Shown here: positions 8,021 through 10,642 of the stretch, piece after piece
Position numbering within the stretch: the first letter of the stretch is position 1
Layout of the letters: each line of letters starts with the position of its first letter
From: Pseudomonadota bacterium
Lineage (GTDB): Bacteria; Myxococcota; JACRCW01; JAFGSX01
Length of the DNA stretch: 10,642 nucleotides
Assembly: GCA_043821645.1 (NCBI GenBank)
Contig: JBDRCO010000017.1
Span: forward strand, 1 to 10,642
Direction: 5' to 3'
The notes under the pieces: model-generated
Told to the model about the DNA's origin: nothing
The model's input: only the letters and a program-made list of their open reading frames with translations
Database searches by the model: none
Made by a program: the position numbers and the translations under genes

Positions 8021-8237
8021 GGCTTCCGTCGCAGCGGAACGTGATCCGCGCCACGGGTCAGGGCTTCCGATACACCTGACTGTGATCCGCGCCACGGGTC
8101 AGGGCTTCCGTAGCGCCCGGAACGTGATCCGTGCCACGGGTCCCGGCTTCCCAATAGCGGGGGAGGGCTTCCCAATACCAGGGAAGGGCTTGCCAATGGC
8201 GGGGAAGGGCTTGCCAATAGGAGGGGAAGGGCTTGCC
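8021..8237. repeat. 41-42-bp tandem repeat (3 copies) merging into a 21-bp tandem repeat with a GGCTT(C/G)CCAAT core
   Basis: The 29-mer GTGATCCGCGCCACGGGTCAGGGCTTCCG is identical at 8041 and 8082 and degenerate at 8124. GGCTT begins at 8021, 8062, 8103, 8145, 8166, 8187, 8208 and 8230. Confidence 0.9.
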
Positions 8238-8263
8238 CGCAGGTGGGACCGGCCACTGGACCT

Positions 8264-8671
8264 TCATGCCAGCAGGACCTGAACGACCTGCTGAAAATCT
8301 CTGAGGCACTGCCTCTCGGTGCGCACCGCCTCGAACACCGTGTCGAGGTCCAGCCTGCGGTAGGCGTGGGCGACCAGGTTGCGCAGGCCTATCCAGCCCT
8401 CGATGGCGACCGAGAGCTCGGTCGTGAGCAGACCGGCCTCGGCAAGACGGCGCACGCCATCGCGGTAGCTCCCGGCTTGCTCGAGACCGCGCTCGACGAT
8501 GAGAAGATTGCACAGATCGACCAGGTCCTGCTGCACCCGGTACACCGCGAACAGCACCATGTTCTGCACGTCCCGGTCGCGCTCGAAGCGCTCGCCGGTC
8601 ACCTCGCGGGCGTAGCGATCCAGGTCGTCCAGATCGCGGCGCAGGGCCACCAGCAGCTCTTCGCGGCTCAT
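8264..8671 (-). CDS. HEPN (DUF86/HepT-like) RNase toxin, 135 aa
   Basis: MSREELL...GLRNLVAHAYRRLD carries the R-x4-H-x-Y HEPN motif. Its ATG (8671-8669) overlaps the stop codon of the upstream MNT gene (ATGA coupling). The ORF-track extension to 9040 is spurious. Confidence 0.9.
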   Translation of the reverse strand: MSREELLVALRRDLDDLDRYAREVTGERFERDRDVQNMVLFAVYRVQQDLVDLCNLLIVERGLEQAGSYRDGVRRLAEAGLLTTELSVAIEGWIGLRNLVAHAYRRLDLDTVFEAVRTERQCLRDFQQVVQVLLA

Positions 8672-9108
8672 GTCGGCGCCGTCCGCAGCATGCCGCTCAC
8701 CCGCTGGATCGACGCGGCCAGGTCCTGGTAGTCGCTGAGCACCCGCGCCTCGAACTCGATGCGGGCTTCGCGGTCCGCCTCGAACACCCGCACGCCCCCG
8801 CGCAGAACCGCAAAGGTGAACGCCACGTCGTCCGCGGTCAGCTCGCGCAGGTCCACGGGGAGGTCCGTGCCCAGAGCGTCCTCGAGCTCGCGCGTCAGCA
8901 CGGCGCGCTCGGACAGGCGAAGCGCGCGCTGTGACCTGAGGACGAGGCCGACATCCAGATCGCGCGCCCGCTGTGCCCGGCAGGCTGAACCGTACAGGTA
9001 GGCTGCTGCCACGTCGTACCGGCTGAGCACCTGGTTCCAACGCGTGCGCGCCCGCTCGAGCAGGTCGGGCGGCACAGAACGCATCGGGTGCTCGTCGTGG
9101 TCAGCCAT
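8668..9108 (-). CDS. Minimal nucleotidyltransferase (MntA-like antitoxin), ~146 aa
   Basis: AYLYGS-x8-DLDVG and VDLREL motifs of the Pol-beta-type minimal nucleotidyltransferases, directly upstream of the HEPN gene. Start ATG 9108 (alternative 9084). Confidence 0.88.
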   Translation of the reverse strand: MADHDEHPMRSVPPDLLERARTRWNQVLSRYDVAAAYLYGSACRAQRARDLDVGLVLRSQRALRLSERAVLTRELEDALGTDLPVDLRELTADDVAFTFAVLRGGVRVFEADREARIEFEARVLSDYQDLAASIQRVSGMLRTAPT

Positions 9109-9146
9109 GGGCCCAGTGTAGCTGACGCGCTTGACGGCCATCAAGC
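9109..9146 (-). promoter_or_regulatory. Putative sigma70 promoter for a leaderless MNT-HEPN transcript, overlapped by an 18-bp palindrome
   Basis: The minus strand reads TTGATG (9144-9139), 18 nt, TACACT (9120-9115), 6 nt, ATG (9108), with no SD. The palindrome GCTTGACGGCCATCAAGC (9129-9146) covers the -35 element. Confidence 0.55.
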
Positions 9147-9234
9147 CGCCGCAGGCACATCCGCCTGAGAGGCAGGCCAAGGCCGGAGAGGGCAAGGGCT
9201 CCAGGCAACTTCGGGGTACTGTGGGCCGCGGCCC

Positions 9235-9251
9235 AGGGTTGAATCAACCCT
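9235..9251. promoter_or_regulatory. Perfect inverted repeat AGGGTTGA-A-TCAACCCT, candidate transcription-factor site
   Basis: Perfect 8-bp arms around a 1-nt centre, in the divergent intergenic region between the TA pair and the sensor gene. Confidence 0.4.
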
Positions 9252-9354
9252 TCGGTCGAGCCATGATCGCGCATGCTCTGCGGGAGCACGGTCGCACCGA
9301 GGCATGGCACTCGCGCCACTGCAGCTGCAGGGTTGGGATGTTTCGGGGGGAAGC

Positions 9355-10642
9355 ATGGCAGCACCACCTACGCACTCTTCCCGCGGCCTCGGCTGGCTGG
9401 TGGCAGCCATCGCCCTGGGCGCGGCCATCGCGGTGGCGGGCTGGTGGTTTCAGCGTAGCGAAGTGCAGCGCCTGCGCCAGGTCGAGCTGGACAGGCTGCA
9501 CGCCATAGGCGACCTCAAGGCCCAGTGGATCGCGGACTGGCGCGAGGAGCTGCTCACCGACGCCCGGCGCGCGACGCGCGGACCCTACCTCGTCGAGCAC
9601 GCGGGGCTGCTGGTGGCGGGCCAGGCCTCGGACGAGGACCGCGAGCAGCTGCAGGCGCGGCTGCGGATCGAGCTCGAGGCCTTTCACTACACCCAGGTCC
9701 TGCTCGTGACGCCGGAGCTGCGCGTGGCGCTGGCCGTGCCTGACACACCCAGTGCGCCGGGCGAGGCCACGGCCAAGGCAGTGCGGGAGGCACTCGCGAG
9801 CCAGCGGGTCGCGCTGTCCGAGATGTTCCACAGCGACACAGGACTCATCGTGCTGGACGCGGTGGCCCCCATCCTCGATCCGCAGGGGCAGGCGGTGGCC
9901 GCCCTGGTGCTGCGCACCGACGCCTCGGTCGAGCTGTACCCGCGCGTGCAGTCCTGGCCCCTGCCGAGCCGCACGGCCGAGTCCCTGATCCTGAAGCAGC
10001 AGGACGACGCGTGCTCTTTCTCAACGAGCTGCGCCACCAGGCGGGCACAGCCCTGAGTCTGAGCTTGCCCATGAGCCGCGACGACCTGCCGGCCACGCGC
10101 GCGGTGCTGGGCCAGACCGGAGCTGTCGAGGGGCGCGACTACCGCGGCGTCCCCGTCATCGCCGACGTGCGGCCCATCCCGAACTCGCCCTGGTTCCTGG
10201 TGGCCAAGGTCGACCGGGACGAGGCCTTTGCCGAGATCAACCGCCACGCCCTGCAGCTCGCCTTGCTCGTCGGCAGCCTGATCCTGTTCGTCGTCGCCGC
10301 CCTGGGCCTGGTGTACCGGCAGCGGCACGCGAGCCTGCTGCAGGCCATGCTGGACAGCGAGCGCCAGCGCGCCCTGGCCCAGCACAGCCTGCGCACCACC
10401 CTGTACAGCATCGGCGACGCGGTGATCGCCACCGATCGCGAGGGTCGGGTGCAGGTGATGAACCCGGTGGCCGAGAACCTGACCGGCTGGCGCGAGGACG
10501 AGGCACGAGGGCGTTCCCTCGAGGAGGTCTTCGACATCTTCACCGAGGCCACGCGTGCCAGGGTCGAGAGTCCTGTGCAGCGCGTGCTGCGCGATGGCGC
10601 GGTGGTGGGCCTGGCCAACCACACCCTGCTCAGGGCCCGGGA
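9355..10642 (+). CDS. Membrane sensor protein (TM - Cache-like extracytoplasmic domain - TM - PAS), probably a histidine kinase or GGDEF protein; 1-nt frameshift at ~10010; 3'-truncated
   Basis: ATG 9355 follows GGGGGGAAG. TM1 is LGWLVAAIALGAAIAVAGWWF. The first frame stops at 10056, but the frame starting at 10011 continues VLFLNELRH...GRDYRGVPV...PWFLVAKVDRDEAF (Cache-like C-terminus), then TM2 LALLVGSLILFVVAALGLVY, then PAS TLYSIGDAVIATDREGRVQVMNPVAENLTGW, and stays open to the window end. Confidence 0.85.

Noticed and set aside
8041-8152. Possible mini-CRISPR array (29-bp repeat with a hairpin, 3 copies)
   Set aside because: The intervening sequences are only 12-13 nt, the units merge into a 21-bp tandem repeat, and there are no cas genes in the window.
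7739-8282. Several ~80-120-aa ORFs across the repeat tract
   Set aside because: Low-complexity translations of repeats whose frames are broken by 22- and 41-nt units; no convincing start signals.
9319-9330. 12-bp palindrome CTGCAGCTGCAG upstream of the sensor gene
   Set aside because: It is a simple duplication of CTGCAG in GC-rich DNA with no other support.
9687-10622. 311-aa minus-strand ORF and other long antisense ORFs (e.g. 1517-2143, 2509-3180, 6210-6884)
   Set aside because: These are shadow or alternate-frame ORFs of GC-rich genes with no domain motifs; the overlapping genes are well supported.

Overview
GC-rich bacterial window; a Myxococcota/deltaproteobacterial-like origin is inferred, not shown. 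It contains: (1) the 3' part of a very large extracellular protein with Ig-like DxxGN repeats, a Cys-rich insert, an FN3 domain and a C-terminal FG-GAP propeller; (2) a compact putative RiPP cassette made of a 58-aa precursor absent from the ORF track (5268-5444, YxxPxL leader, 2-Cys core), a radical SAM/SPASM enzyme, an antisense HprK-related P-loop kinase and a soluble S24/S26-type peptidase; (3) a ~380-bp degenerate repeat tract with 21-bp periodicity; (4) an MNT-HEPN (DUF86) toxin-antitoxin pair with a probable leaderless promoter overlapped by an FNR-like palindrome; (5) the 5' part of a membrane Cache/PAS sensor gene with a 1-nt frameshift near 10010. The best candidate for an undescribed system is the precursor + rSAM + kinase + peptidase cassette, which lies in a lower-GC patch shared with the tip domain of the large protein.
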